A DNA stretch of 64,000 nucleotides, from positions 1-64,000 of the IMG/VR virus record IMGVR_UViG_3300033463_000072. The stretch is one strand, 5' to 3'. This document shows positions 49,379 to 58,507 of this stretch, in pieces. Positions within the stretch are counted from its first letter, which is position 1. Each line of letters begins with the position of its first letter. The translations under genes and the position numbers were made by a program. The notes under the pieces are model-generated. The model did not search any database. It was given only the letters and a program-made list of their open reading frames with translations, and was not told the DNA's origin. This stretch comes from a virus. Taxonomy: Duplodnaviria > Caudoviricetes.

Positions 49379-49552
49379 ATGTTTAAAAATTACCGGTTGG
49401 TGGAAAGTGTGGAGACCCCGGGTCTTGTCTGGCGCTTTAGCACGCTAAATCACGAAAGTATCCCCCCTATCCGGAAAAGTAAGGAAAAACAACGGTTGAA
49501 AAACGTTTCAAAAACTTTTTTCATTTTTTTTGAAAAAAATTATAAAAAAGGC

Positions 49553-49581
49553 TTGCAATCTTTTTTTAGGTGTGTTATATT
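49553..49581 (+). promoter_or_regulatory. sigmaA promoter containing a palindrome half-site (TTTAGGTGT, 49565-49573) in its spacer
   Basis: TTGCAA-17-TATATT. Confidence 0.7.
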
Positions 49582-49785
49582 ATTCTTGCCGGAAGGGGAC
49601 AAGGGGAGCGAAACGGTGTTGACGGTCTCACCGCATGACCGGAAAAACGGTTAGTCTGAAATCAACAGACGATAAACAAAAAGTACATAGGCGAGAGCGG
49701 CGGCGGCAAATTGCCTTAATAGACTACCGGAGCGCTAAACCGAAAAAAGCTACAAACCACAACAAAAAGAAAGGAAGTAAGAACA

Positions 49786-50376
49786 ATGACAAAGCAGGAA
49801 AAATTTAACGCTATCCGTGAATTTAACATCCGTATCCGTGATGAACAGACAAAGGGAAGTACAGGCTACATTGGCAAGCAAGTTGACTTTTGGGTACGTG
49901 ATAGCATTATGGTGCATGGTGTTAGCTCCGTTGCTGATGTCCGTTGCCGTCGTGCTGGTGCTGATGACTGGTGTATCCGTATTAACGGAAAGCTGTACAG
50001 GGGCGAGACAAAAACCAATATGGGCGAGTGGAAAGTTCCTTGTGCTCGGATTTGCGCTGATGACATCTTTCCGAAAGCTGACTATGTCGCCTTTACCGCT
50101 GAAGTGGAAGGGCTGACCGCTGAAAACGTTGCTGACAACGTGTTCGTGTTCACACGTGAGCAGTTCATCGAAATGCTGACCATGACCGGACGGAAGGGGC
50201 TGGAAAGCTCGCTCCGGTACAATGCAAAGCGTGGTACAGTCGGGATTCAGGCTTGGAAGCTGTACAGCAACCAAACCGGAAAGTGGGTTGAAGCTCGGCT
50301 GAACAAGTATTATGACTACTTGGAAGCCAATGCAATCCCCACGATTGCGGAGTTCCTGGAAATGGTGAGGGGCTGA
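49786..50376 (+). CDS. hypothetical protein, possible PD-(D/E)XK fold
   Basis: ADDW..RINGKLYRGETKT resembles D..ExK; strong RBS; stop in terminator loop. Confidence 0.7.
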   Translation: MTKQEKFNAIREFNIRIRDEQTKGSTGYIGKQVDFWVRDSIMVHGVSSVADVRCRRAGADDWCIRINGKLYRGETKTNMGEWKVPCARICADDIFPKADYVAFTAEVEGLTAENVADNVFVFTREQFIEMLTMTGRKGLESSLRYNAKRGTVGIQAWKLYSNQTGKWVEARLNKYYDYLEANAIPTIAEFLEMVRG

Positions 50377-50447
50377 AGCCCCTCACCTTCCCCTTGTGGG
50401 GAACACCTAAATAATCGAACACCTAAATAAGCTGGGAGGACAGAGCA

Positions 50448-50732
50448 ATGAAAAAGCTGGTTAATCATTCCGTAATCAGTTCATACGAACTGATTCTGAA
50501 TTACGAAACTAACACCGCTGAATTACGGCGGTACAATCGCCCGGTAACGGCGAACGATGAAGGTACAATCTTTGTACAGAAGATTTCCGCTGAAAGCTAT
50601 TACCGCCTGCTGACCTATTTTGGCGGAGTAAGCTATTTCCGGGCGAACAAGCGGGAAGAGTGGTACACTTGCGGAGTGACCTTCCCCGGTTATGAGAACA
50701 GTGCGAGAACAGGTCGCCTGTTCCGGTTGTAA
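50448..50732 (+). CDS. hypothetical protein
   Basis: GGAGG RBS; followed by GAGAAGGGC-GAAA-GCCCTTCTC hairpin. Confidence 0.75.
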   Translation: MKKLVNHSVISSYELILNYETNTAELRRYNRPVTANDEGTIFVQKISAESYYRLLTYFGGVSYFRANKREEWYTCGVTFPGYENSARTGRLFRL

Positions 50733-50791
50733 GAGAAGGGCGAAAGCCCTTCTCAATTCTAACACCTAAATAATTGAAGGAGGACAATACA

Positions 50792-51013
50792 ATGAAGTGC
50801 ATCCGTATGAGTTTTGAACAGGTCCAGCGCATGAGAGCAAGACAGGACGGTTATGATGACTTTGAGGAGTGGTTAGAAGATACACCAGAAGAAGAACGGA
50901 GCAGTATATATGATTTAGTAGGAGAACCTTTTGACATTGTGCCTTATGACGGCGGTAAGGGTTACATTTTCCTTGATGATAAAGACCGTTACTGCATATG
51001 GGTGAAATACTGA
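50792..51013 (+). CDS. hypothetical acidic protein
   Basis: AAGGAGG RBS; terminator hairpin overlaps stop. Confidence 0.75.
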   Translation: MKCIRMSFEQVQRMRARQDGYDDFEEWLEDTPEEERSSIYDLVGEPFDIVPYDGGKGYIFLDDKDRYCIWVKY

Positions 51014-51165
51014 CGGGCAATTTTTGCCCGTCTAATTATTTAGGTGTTCGGAATAGTTAGTCACGACTAACACGCGCAATTATTTAGGTGTTCATCACCT
51101 AAATAGTATGGTTGACAAGGCGAGCGTATAGGTATATAATGTGTACAGTGAGGGGAGGATAGCAT

Positions 51166-51354
51166 ATGTATAATGGGATTATCGGTGGTTTTCTGCTGGG
51201 CGGCCTGCTGGCCGGAGCTATGTTCGGGCTTATACCTGGTGCTATACTCATGGGCTTAGGCGGCGCAGTAGCTGCGCTGCAAGCTGCCCAGGAAGCTAAA
51301 CGTGAAGAAGCTGAAGAAGGCTGGCGCAAGAGCTACCCTACGTACAAGTACTGA
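51166..51354 (+). CDS. small membrane protein with glycine-zipper helices
   Basis: GGFLLGGLLAGAMFG; own promoter and RBS. Confidence 0.75.
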   Translation: MYNGIIGGFLLGGLLAGAMFGLIPGAILMGLGGAVAALQAAQEAKREEAEEGWRKSYPTYKY

Positions 51355-51427
51355 GGGTAGCACTTATTTAGGTGTTACTCACCTAAATAATTATATTGAC
51401 ATATATATAAGATTGTATTATTATATA

Positions 51428-51553
51428 ATTGTCCTAAGGGGAGACGAGGCAGAGCCGTCAGAGCCTTCACGGGTGGGCGGTGTGACCCATGAGTGTCTGT
51501 AAGACCCTTTTAAGTGCCCCTTCACAATGACCCGTCGCCCAGGCAGGGCGACA
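51428..51553 (+). ncRNA. candidate small structured RNA (cassette without ORF)
   Basis: Promoter 51396-51424, no RBS-led ORF, AAGGGG/CCCCTT closing stem, terminal GTCGCCC/GGGCGAC hairpin. Confidence 0.55.
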
Positions 51554-51662
51554 TTTCATTCTGGAATTTAGGTGTTACTCACCTAAATAAAGGTATTGCA
51601 TTTTATCCCTATATATATTATAATATCATCAAGAGATAGAAAAACAAAAGGAGGATAATACA

Positions 51663-51830
51663 ATGAACTTCAAAACCCTTTACTGCGTGGTAACTGTCAA
51701 GAGCGGTCTGGTGGTGCGTCGCGGTTTCAAACAGTGGAGGAGCGCATGGAGCTATGCGCAAGCCGCAGATGACGGACATTTTGACGAAGAAGGCGGACTC
51801 CGTGTAGAAGGATATCGACTCCTCTTGTAA
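51663..51830 (+). CDS. hypothetical protein (55 aa, below ORF-track cutoff)
   Basis: Promoter, AAGGAGG RBS, MNFKTLYCVV..., hairpin after stop. Confidence 0.75.
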   Translation: MNFKTLYCVVTVKSGLVVRRGFKQWRSAWSYAQAADDGHFDEEGGLRVEGYRLLL

Positions 51831-51961
51831 TAGGGACACCGTCCCTATTTTATTTTTGAGATTTAGGTGTTGGTCACCTAAATATAGGTATTGCACTATT
51901 CCCGAAACTGTGCTATTATATACTTGTCCGAAGGGACAATAAATAGTGGAGGAGTTCCAGT

Positions 51962-52177
51962 ATGTATATTGAAGTTACCGTCGAAGAAGCCGCTCGTCTG
52001 TTCGCCCGTGGTGTCCATGTCTGGGATGATGCTGACCCTCGTTATGCCTGCACGTTTGAATTGCGCGGCACTCCCCGCAGCTGGAAAAAAGCTCGTCGCC
52101 TGCGCAAGCTGACCCGTAAGCTCCGCGGCCCGTGGGCTGGCCCAGAAGGACGCTGGTTTGTTTACAAGAGGACATAA
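51962..52177 (+). CDS. hypothetical basic protein
   Basis: Own promoter, RBS and terminator. Confidence 0.75.
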   Translation: MYIEVTVEEAARLFARGVHVWDDADPRYACTFELRGTPRSWKKARRLRKLTRKLRGPWAGPEGRWFVYKRT

Positions 52178-52291
52178 GTCCTCTTCCCATTATTTAGGTG
52201 TTCGTCACCTAAATATTAGTATTGCATTTTCCCGTAACTTATGCTATTATATACTCAGCCGAAGGGCAATAAAGAAAGTGAGGTTACTAAC

Positions 52292-52534
52292 ATGTTGGAT
52301 ACTCGTTACACAGGCGTTTTCATCAGGGTTATCAATGGCGCTCCCACTTCCTGTTGGATGGCTATTCAGGAGAATGACAATCCGACAGAACGTACCGATC
52401 TGGAACCGGACAAAGCGAAGAAGCTGATGTGGGAGCTGATGAAAGCTGGCGGCGATCGTGGCATCGATATGGATATCATTAATCCCAAAAGCTACTATTA
52501 CCACGTTTCTCATATGTTCTTCTGGTACCACTGA
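52292..52534 (+). CDS. hypothetical protein
   Basis: Own promoter, GAGGT RBS, terminator. Confidence 0.7.
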   Translation: MLDTRYTGVFIRVINGAPTSCWMAIQENDNPTERTDLEPDKAKKLMWELMKAGGDRGIDMDIINPKSYYYHVSHMFFWYH

Positions 52535-52658
52535 CCGGATTTTCCGGTCTTTTACTATTTAGGTGTTGGACACCTAAATTCATACTTGACAAAATCCCAT
52601 TACTAATGTTATAATTCCTTTGGAACAAAGGAATTAAACGAAAGAGAGGGGAAACAAA

Positions 52659-52940
52659 ATGACAACTCATACTTACGGAATCGAAAAACTGACTATGCGG
52701 CTCACCGTGAAACTTCCGGACAACTACGCAACTGTTCAGCGGCTTTATGACTATGGTGCATGGTTCAGGCTCCAGCGCGAGCATGTAACAGACCTTGACC
52801 GCATTGCTCACCTTATCGAGTATATCAAGAACAATGGCGGCGGCCAGATCGATGAAAATGTTTTCATTGATGACGATGATCTCCAAGAGAAACACACCTT
52901 CACATACGAACTTGTAAAGGATTATAAAAATAACGAGTGA
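52659..52940 (+). CDS. hypothetical protein
   Basis: Own promoter, RBS, terminator. Confidence 0.75.
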   Translation: MTTHTYGIEKLTMRLTVKLPDNYATVQRLYDYGAWFRLQREHVTDLDRIAHLIEYIKNNGGGQIDENVFIDDDDLQEKHTFTYELVKDYKNNE

Positions 52941-53052
52941 GGGTCTTTGACCCTCCCGTGATTATTTAGGTGTTAGTCACCTAAATTCTTATCTTGCGTT
53001 ATCAATCCATATGATATATAATTAGTATAGAAATTGAAGGGAGGATCGAAAA

Positions 53053-53211
53053 ATGGAGGAACAGAACAAGGAAGTCAAACAAGAGGAAGAAAAAGAAGAA
53101 AAATGGGCTTGGATTCGTTGTAATAATTGTGATTGTGTTTGCTTAGTCCCGAAACTGTACGCAATCGACCCGTTCCTTTGTTGGAATTGTATAGAGCTTT
53201 TATCAAGATAA
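53053..53211 (+). CDS. small Cys-rich protein (52 aa)
   Basis: GGGAGG RBS; CNNCDC...CWNC. Confidence 0.65.
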   Translation: MEEQNKEVKQEEEKEEKWAWIRCNNCDCVCLVPKLYAIDPFLCWNCIELLSR

Positions 53212-53222
53212 GGAGGACTACA

Positions 53223-53378
53223 ATGACTTACTACGAAATTTACTTCAACAATAACAAGTGGGAAGTATGGGAATGGACGGACTGCGGCACTCATGCCCGG
53301 TGTCTTAAAGTCTATAAAACCAAAAAAAGCGTAGAAAAATGGGCAGCAAAACAATGGTTAAAGGTCACTTGGCGGTGA
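53223..53378 (+). CDS. hypothetical protein (51 aa)
   Basis: AAGGAGG RBS; stop inside hairpin. Confidence 0.7.
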   Translation: MTYYEIYFNNNKWEVWEWTDCGTHARCLKVYKTKKSVEKWAAKQWLKVTWR

Positions 53379-53490
53379 CCTTTATAATTTAGGTGTTAAT
53401 CACCTAAATATATGTGTTGACAGATTGCACTCTATATGTTAATATACAATTGTCCAAAGGGACAATAAATAAAAGAAAGAGGTAGTTACA

Positions 53491-53778
53491 ATGGCACGGT
53501 ATCTTTATAGCAAGGCGGTTGCAGGTCACAACTATGCTCAGGCACAGGAAAACTTTTTCGATGACGGCACAGTCCAGCTCCAAAGCTACAGCACTATTAT
53601 CATTGAGATTGACCCGGAAGGCTGGCTCCATGTGACAGGGCTGTACAGCATGACCACGATCAAGCACATCGGCTGGTTCATGCGCTCCCGTGGTTTGTCC
53701 TACCAGCTGGCGAAACAGATGTTGTACGATCACAAAGACTACAACGTCCGGACGGGCGAAGTTCGGGACTGGAAGTAA
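53491..53778 (+). CDS. conserved phage hypothetical protein
   Basis: LQSYSTII...GLYSMTTIKHIGWF motif of a widespread small phage family. Confidence 0.75.
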   Translation: MARYLYSKAVAGHNYAQAQENFFDDGTVQLQSYSTIIIEIDPEGWLHVTGLYSMTTIKHIGWFMRSRGLSYQLAKQMLYDHKDYNVRTGEVRDWK

Positions 53779-53829
53779 TTCCAGCCCTTTTAGATTTAGG
53801 TGTTCGACACCTAAATTAAAACCCTTGCA

Positions 53830-54180
53830 TTACTGCAAGGGGTCACCGGTAATTTCATAGATGTTCATATTATCATACAGGGGTTCAGAAATCTTGTATC
53901 CTTTATCAATCAGCTCTTTATATGTAGTGGGTTCTGTGATTGAAATGGTATACGTATGTTCGCCGGTAGGTACTTTTCTCGCGCCTATAGCAATTACTGC
54001 AACCAAAACAATAGTTATAAGAAGACCAAAAATTGCGGCGAAACAATGACCGCCGGATGAATCGTTGCTCAAGGTCGCAAACAAGATAATAGTAGCAACC
54101 ATCACCACCAGATTAACAATAAAACAAACATCTACCCACCCAGGCCAGTCCATAATTGCAACATCTTTCAGAATTTCCAT
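53830..54180 (-). CDS. 2-TM membrane protein in inverted cassette
   Basis: - strand promoter, AAGGAGG RBS, stop-in-loop hairpin; paralog of 59801..60187. Confidence 0.8.
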   Translation of the reverse strand: MEILKDVAIMDWPGWVDVCFIVNLVVMVATIILFATLSNDSSGGHCFAAIFGLLITIVLVAVIAIGARKVPTGEHTYTISITEPTTYKELIDKGYKISEPLYDNMNIYEITGDPLQ

Positions 54181-54323
54181 ACTCAATTCCTCCTTTACTG
54201 TACTCATTATATCACATTCTGACAGAATTTCAATATGAAAATTTAGGTGTTCGACACCTAATATTTATGGTTGCATAAAATCCCAAAACATGGTATATTG
54301 ATAATGTAAAGGAGGCATACATT

Positions 54324-54551
54324 ATGAGATACTTAATTGAAAGTTGGCGTTTTGATCCTCTTTATGACGGCGGCGATTATACCGGCGAGTTTGTCCCTCT
54401 GCCCGATGTATTCAAGGATTCATGGGATGAAGCCCTCGCGTACTTTGTCGAACAGGTAAAAAATCCGATGTGCGACCAGTGCTTTGTTACTGCCATATGG
54501 AACAACAAACCATATGAAGATGACGAGCCGGTACTGTCATACTGTCCTTAA
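54324..54551 (+). CDS. hypothetical acidic protein
   Basis: Own promoter, AAGGAGG RBS, hairpin. Confidence 0.75.
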   Translation: MRYLIESWRFDPLYDGGDYTGEFVPLPDVFKDSWDEALAYFVEQVKNPMCDQCFVTAIWNNKPYEDDEPVLSYCP

Positions 54552-54626
54552 TAAGGACAGTATATATTTAGGTGTTAGACACCTAATTTTATATATTGAT
54601 ATTATTCCAAAACATGGTATAATACA

Positions 54627-54817
54627 ATTGTTCAAGGGAAATCGAGCGGACCGGAAATAGGTACGGTGAGTCAATAAGGCTTATAATCCATGGTAAACCA
54701 GACGTAACCCTTGAATAGGGCAAGAGCAAATGTCCTGTGAGTACCATCTGATCAATGGAAAAATAGTAGAAATGTGCGGCGGCGCGAGGGGCGACCTAAA
54801 TACCTCTTGCTTGCTTG
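54627..54817 (+). ncRNA. candidate structured RNA (~190 nt)
   Basis: Promoter 54596-54623; TTCAAGGG/CCCTTGAA closing stem around several hairpins; no RBS-led ORF. Confidence 0.55.
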
Positions 54818-54879
54818 AATTTAGGTGTTATACACCTAAAATAATATGTTGACTTTCTACACAGATGTGATATAATACA

Positions 54880-55214
54880 ATTGTTCCAAGGGAAGAACCA
54901 AAGGGCCACCAAAAGAAGCTTAAAGATTCTTCGGTGGTGTGGAGTAGGGCTTATAGGAAACTATAAGTGGCGAACGCGAGTAGTGAACCGAGGAAAAGCG
55001 GTACTGACGAGTGCCCAAAAATCCTTTTACGAGGCAGAGGATGTGGAGAGGCGATACGGATAGCTGTAGCTCGGCGCGAGCTACTGCGAGCGTAAGTGTA
55101 GTAAAAGGTATCTTGCGAGGAGTGGAGCGCAAGGCCAAGCGCGGGTGAGGTTTCACGGGTGAACGCCGTGGTGTAGCAAGATGAAAGGTGTACTTCGCGA
55201 GTACACCTTTCTTT
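54880..55214 (+). ncRNA. candidate large structured RNA (~335 nt)
   Basis: Promoter 54849-54876; at least 7 hairpins; 11-bp terminator with T-tract; no RBS-led ORF. Confidence 0.65.
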
Positions 55215-55305
55215 AATTCTATGATTTAGGTGTCAAACACCTAAATTATTAGTTTGACATTATATGCGTATATGATATAATGTATATGAAAGGAGATGTT
55301 ACAAA

Positions 55306-55866
55306 ATGTACGTAGGAATGTTTATTAGTAGGCATAAGGATAATAGATGTGTTCTTAATTTTCAATCTCGTACCAAAATGTTCTTCATGGATAAAGAAAT
55401 TCCCGCTTATTATAAAGATTTTAAACAATTTGTTGAAGAAGGACAGCCCGGCGAAATGTGTCGTTTTTACATGAGCGCAAGTGAGCGTAATATGGAAAAG
55501 ACGCAAAAAGAACTCGCATGCCGTCTTATTAGAGAACCTATCGACTTTACTCGGCTTAATGGTATTGCAACATCTATTGCAATGAAATCGGAACAAGAAA
55601 CCTTTAAAAAATGGTTATTTGATTTTGACTGTCCTATTACTGGCTTAATGATGGAATTTTGTAGTGAGTTAATGGACATGGGATTTATTCCTAAGTGGTA
55701 TCTCTCTCCTAATGGTTACTCTGTTATCATTGAACACGGTTTTGATATTCGTGAATTTCTTGACCGTTGGAATAAACGTTTACAGCAGATTGATCCGAAA
55801 TACAGTGTAGAACTTAAACGCAATGCAATGGTGATTGTGGATTGGGAAACTAAAAGTGCCGAATAA
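55306..55866 (+). CDS. conserved phage protein, possible AEP/PrimPol-like fold
   Basis: FISRHKDN, WLFDFD, SPNGYSV..EHGFD; own promoter and terminator. Confidence 0.7.
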   Translation: MYVGMFISRHKDNRCVLNFQSRTKMFFMDKEIPAYYKDFKQFVEEGQPGEMCRFYMSASERNMEKTQKELACRLIREPIDFTRLNGIATSIAMKSEQETFKKWLFDFDCPITGLMMEFCSELMDMGFIPKWYLSPNGYSVIIEHGFDIREFLDRWNKRLQQIDPKYSVELKRNAMVIVDWETKSAE

Positions 55867-55969
55867 TCGGCACTTCCCATAATTTAGGTGTTCGACACTT
55901 AAATCTTGATATCGACAATCATATATATATCTGCTATAATATTTATAGTTCAAGGAAGGAGAACTGATT

Positions 55970-56137
55970 GTGAAACGATTTAAAGTATTGCTGATTATCA
56001 CCGCGCTTCTCGGCTTGCTGGTTCTTGCCGGATGTGAAGCGCAATATCGCCCCGAAGGTAGTAACTGGTCTTTCGGGACGGATGCGTCCATTTATTATAC
56101 TCCTAAGAATAGTAAATGGACAATCAAAGTTTGGTAA
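55970..56137 (+). CDS. small lipoprotein (55 aa)
   Basis: GTG start with AAGGAG RBS; MKRFK + hydrophobic stretch + LAGC lipobox. Confidence 0.75.
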   Translation: MKRFKVLLIITALLGLLVLAGCEAQYRPEGSNWSFGTDASIYYTPKNSKWTIKVW

Positions 56138-56274
56138 CTATGGGAACATGCCAATAGGCATATTTCCCTATTTCATTTAGGTGTTCGACACTTAAATAAT
56201 CGTATTGACTTCTATATAATATATGTTATAATAAGATTGTCCAAAGGGACAGCAAAGGAAAGGAGATAAAAAGC

Positions 56275-56514
56275 ATGTACCTCTTCTATGCGGAACGTAA
56301 CGGATGGATCCCAGCAGGCAGCGATGGTCAACTTAAGTTGCCGAGAAATAACATGTCTCGCCGTGCCATTGAAGATGTGGCAAGAAAGTTCATTGGCAAT
56401 AGAGCTGGCGTGATATATCTTATGCATGAGTGGACACAGCAGATGTCTGAATTGGGACCGTGGGCATTCTCATGGTATATTGCTCGCAACGGCGAAAAGG
56501 TGGTGTATAATTAA
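56275..56514 (+). CDS. hypothetical protein
   Basis: Own promoter and RBS. Confidence 0.75.
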   Translation: MYLFYAERNGWIPAGSDGQLKLPRNNMSRRAIEDVARKFIGNRAGVIYLMHEWTQQMSELGPWAFSWYIARNGEKVVYN

Positions 56515-56722
56515 TGTCCGGCTTATATTATGCTCGTGCTCCCACTATGGAAACCTAATTATATACGTTGATAGAGATAATGTGGCGGCCACTCCCAGGC
56601 CGCCAATTGTTTTTTATTATTTAGGTGTTAGACACCTAATCATACTACTTGCATTATTCTTATAACTATGATAATATAAACATGCACCAAGAGTGCAAAT
56701 AAAATTAAGGAGATGCGTTACA

Positions 56723-56965
56723 ATGACAATGATAGTTGAAAGAAATCTGAAGGATTTTGAGTTCTGGGGAGGCGCCGAGGATGTCGCCGCAAAACTGACC
56801 ACCGAAGAGCTGAATACTATCGAGGAAACTCTTGAACAGATAATCGGCTATGGAAGTGAGCTGTGGAGTGAAACTCAAGTCAATGACTTTATGGCTTTTG
56901 ACTTTGAAGATTATTGTGAAGAATGGATTGGTGTTAGCTATGAGGAAGTAATGGCAAGGGAGTGA
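56723..56965 (+). CDS. acidic hypothetical protein (FEFWGGA motif)
   Basis: AAGGAG RBS; own promoter. Confidence 0.75.
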   Translation: MTMIVERNLKDFEFWGGAEDVAAKLTTEELNTIEETLEQIIGYGSELWSETQVNDFMAFDFEDYCEEWIGVSYEEVMARE

Positions 56966-56969
56966 AACT

Positions 56970-57152
56970 ATGATTAACATTGGACTTTTCAACCTCATTG
57001 TCTATCTGCCCTGGTGGGTGTTTCTGCTGATTCCGCTTGTTCCTTTTATTCTCGCGGGCATCGTTACCCTTATCGTTTACATCTCGGAAAGGTTCTTTTA
57101 AGACTCCATTGGAGTCTTTTTATATTTAGGTGTTCAACACCTAACCACATGA
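56970..57152 (+). CDS. small membrane protein (60 aa) reading through hairpin and palindrome
   Basis: GGGAG RBS; hydrophobic LPWWVFLLIPLVP. Confidence 0.6.
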
Positions 57153-57224
57153 CTTGCAAAACTATATAGTATATGATATAGTATAACTGTCCAAAGGGAC
57201 TAATAAGGGAAAGAAGGTAGTAGC

Positions 57225-57449
57225 ATGGTAAAGGTAACAAAGGCACTCGCAAAAAAGTTGTACGATGAAGGTGAAGCGGTTATGGTCATTCCTAATCGTA
57301 TTCGCCCTACCAGCCAGCTTGCACATTGGACTACAAAGCCTGCTAATGATCCCAATGCGGACTTTGAAAAGCTGTGCAACGCAATCTTCTACTATAACTG
57401 TTCTCCCGAAACCGGCATGAAGCTGGCATATTATGTGAAAGAGGTGTAA
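57225..57449 (+). CDS. conserved phage hypothetical protein
   Basis: AKKLYDEG...YYNCSPETG pattern; own promoter. Confidence 0.75.
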   Translation: MVKVTKALAKKLYDEGEAVMVIPNRIRPTSQLAHWTTKPANDPNADFEKLCNAIFYYNCSPETGMKLAYYVKEV

Positions 57450-57452
57450 ACG

Positions 57453-57719
57453 ATGACCGTAGAAGGTAATTTCAAGTGGGATTTGGATATCCCTAACATG
57501 GAGCTGGATGAGTTGGATGCTCTCATGACGGCTTGTGAGCGTGCCCGAAAGAACATTATTAAACTCAGCCTTATTGAGCGGTTTGATCAGCTGGTCGATG
57601 AAGCAAAACAAAATGACTGTTATTTTGAAACAGTCTCCCGTAGCGGCGAAGTGGTTGGTTTGACCAATCCCAATAATGTTTGTCTCCAGGACTATCCCAA
57701 ACCTCAGTTGGAAGTATAA
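57453..57719 (+). CDS. hypothetical protein
   Basis: GAGGT RBS; hairpin at stop. Confidence 0.7.
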   Translation: MTVEGNFKWDLDIPNMELDELDALMTACERARKNIIKLSLIERFDQLVDEAKQNDCYFETVSRSGEVVGLTNPNNVCLQDYPKPQLEV

Positions 57720-57834
57720 TGCGCTTACAAGCGCATTATATTTTCATTTCAATTAGGTGTTAAACACCTAATACCATACATTGACAATCCTATAACCATA
57801 TGATATACTCATACCGTGAAAGGGGGATTCCAAG

Positions 57835-58161
57835 ATGGCAGAAATGACCTACCACGTATCAGTAGACCGAGCCGAGCGAGTGAAGAATATCGTAGAAAAA
57901 ATCGGCATGGGACAAATCATTAAAGAAAAGTATATCGGTTATGGTATCGGTGGACCAGCTGGGCGGTATGTCTGCATCACGGATACCGGGGTTACTATCA
58001 TCAAAGATGAAAAGAAAGAGAAAATCATCACCATGTATGTAACCACGCAGAAAGAGCTGGTTCAGGTCTACGGTGGCACTAAAAAAATTCCACCCTTCCT
58101 GCGGAAAAAGGTAGACTATAATCAGAGTAAGTTTACTGAAGATGGTAAGACTATTTGGTAA
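57835..58161 (+). CDS. hypothetical protein
   Basis: Own promoter and RBS. Confidence 0.75.
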   Translation: MAEMTYHVSVDRAERVKNIVEKIGMGQIIKEKYIGYGIGGPAGRYVCITDTGVTIIKDEKKEKIITMYVTTQKELVQVYGGTKKIPPFLRKKVDYNQSKFTEDGKTIW

Positions 58162-58182
58162 TGAAGGGAGAAAAGATATAAA

Positions 58183-58344
58183 ATGAAAATTATCTGTACA
58201 GAAGAAGAAAAAAAGGGTCTTATGAATATACTTGACAGTTCGTGGGATTGTCCCTTTAATCCCGAAGCCTGCGGCAGTGATAAGTGTGAAGAATGTTTAA
58301 ATGGTAAAAGAATCCAGTGGGAAATTATAGAAGGGGGTGAATAA
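58183..58344 (+). CDS. small Cys-containing protein (53 aa)
   Basis: GGGAG RBS; CPF...C...CEEC. Confidence 0.65.
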   Translation: MKIICTEEEKKGLMNILDSSWDCPFNPEACGSDKCEECLNGKRIQWEIIEGGE

Positions 58345-58345
58345 A

Positions 58346-58483
58346 ATGTTGGGTATCGCAGTTATCGTATTGGCTATTCTGTATTGGTGCGGAACTATTC
58401 CGGCTAATGCTCTCGCCATCGTATCCGTGATCTACGTGGTGTGCAATTTCATCGTTGAACTGTCACGCAAACTGAACGACTAA
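58346..58483 (+). CDS. small membrane protein (45 aa)
   Basis: GGGGGTGA RBS; two hydrophobic segments. Confidence 0.65.
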   Translation: MLGIAVIVLAILYWCGTIPANALAIVSVIYVVCNFIVELSRKLND

Positions 58484-58507
58484 TATGAGTTGATAGGAGT
58501 GAAAAGT

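Noticed and set aside
49380-49550. Replication origin or packaging site in the divergent AT-rich gap
   Set aside because: Only imperfect A/T inverted tracts; no iterons or other direct support.
55004-55011. Hammerhead-like core CTGACGAG in the large RNA
   Set aside because: I could not find a stem II followed by GAAA and stem III in the required geometry.
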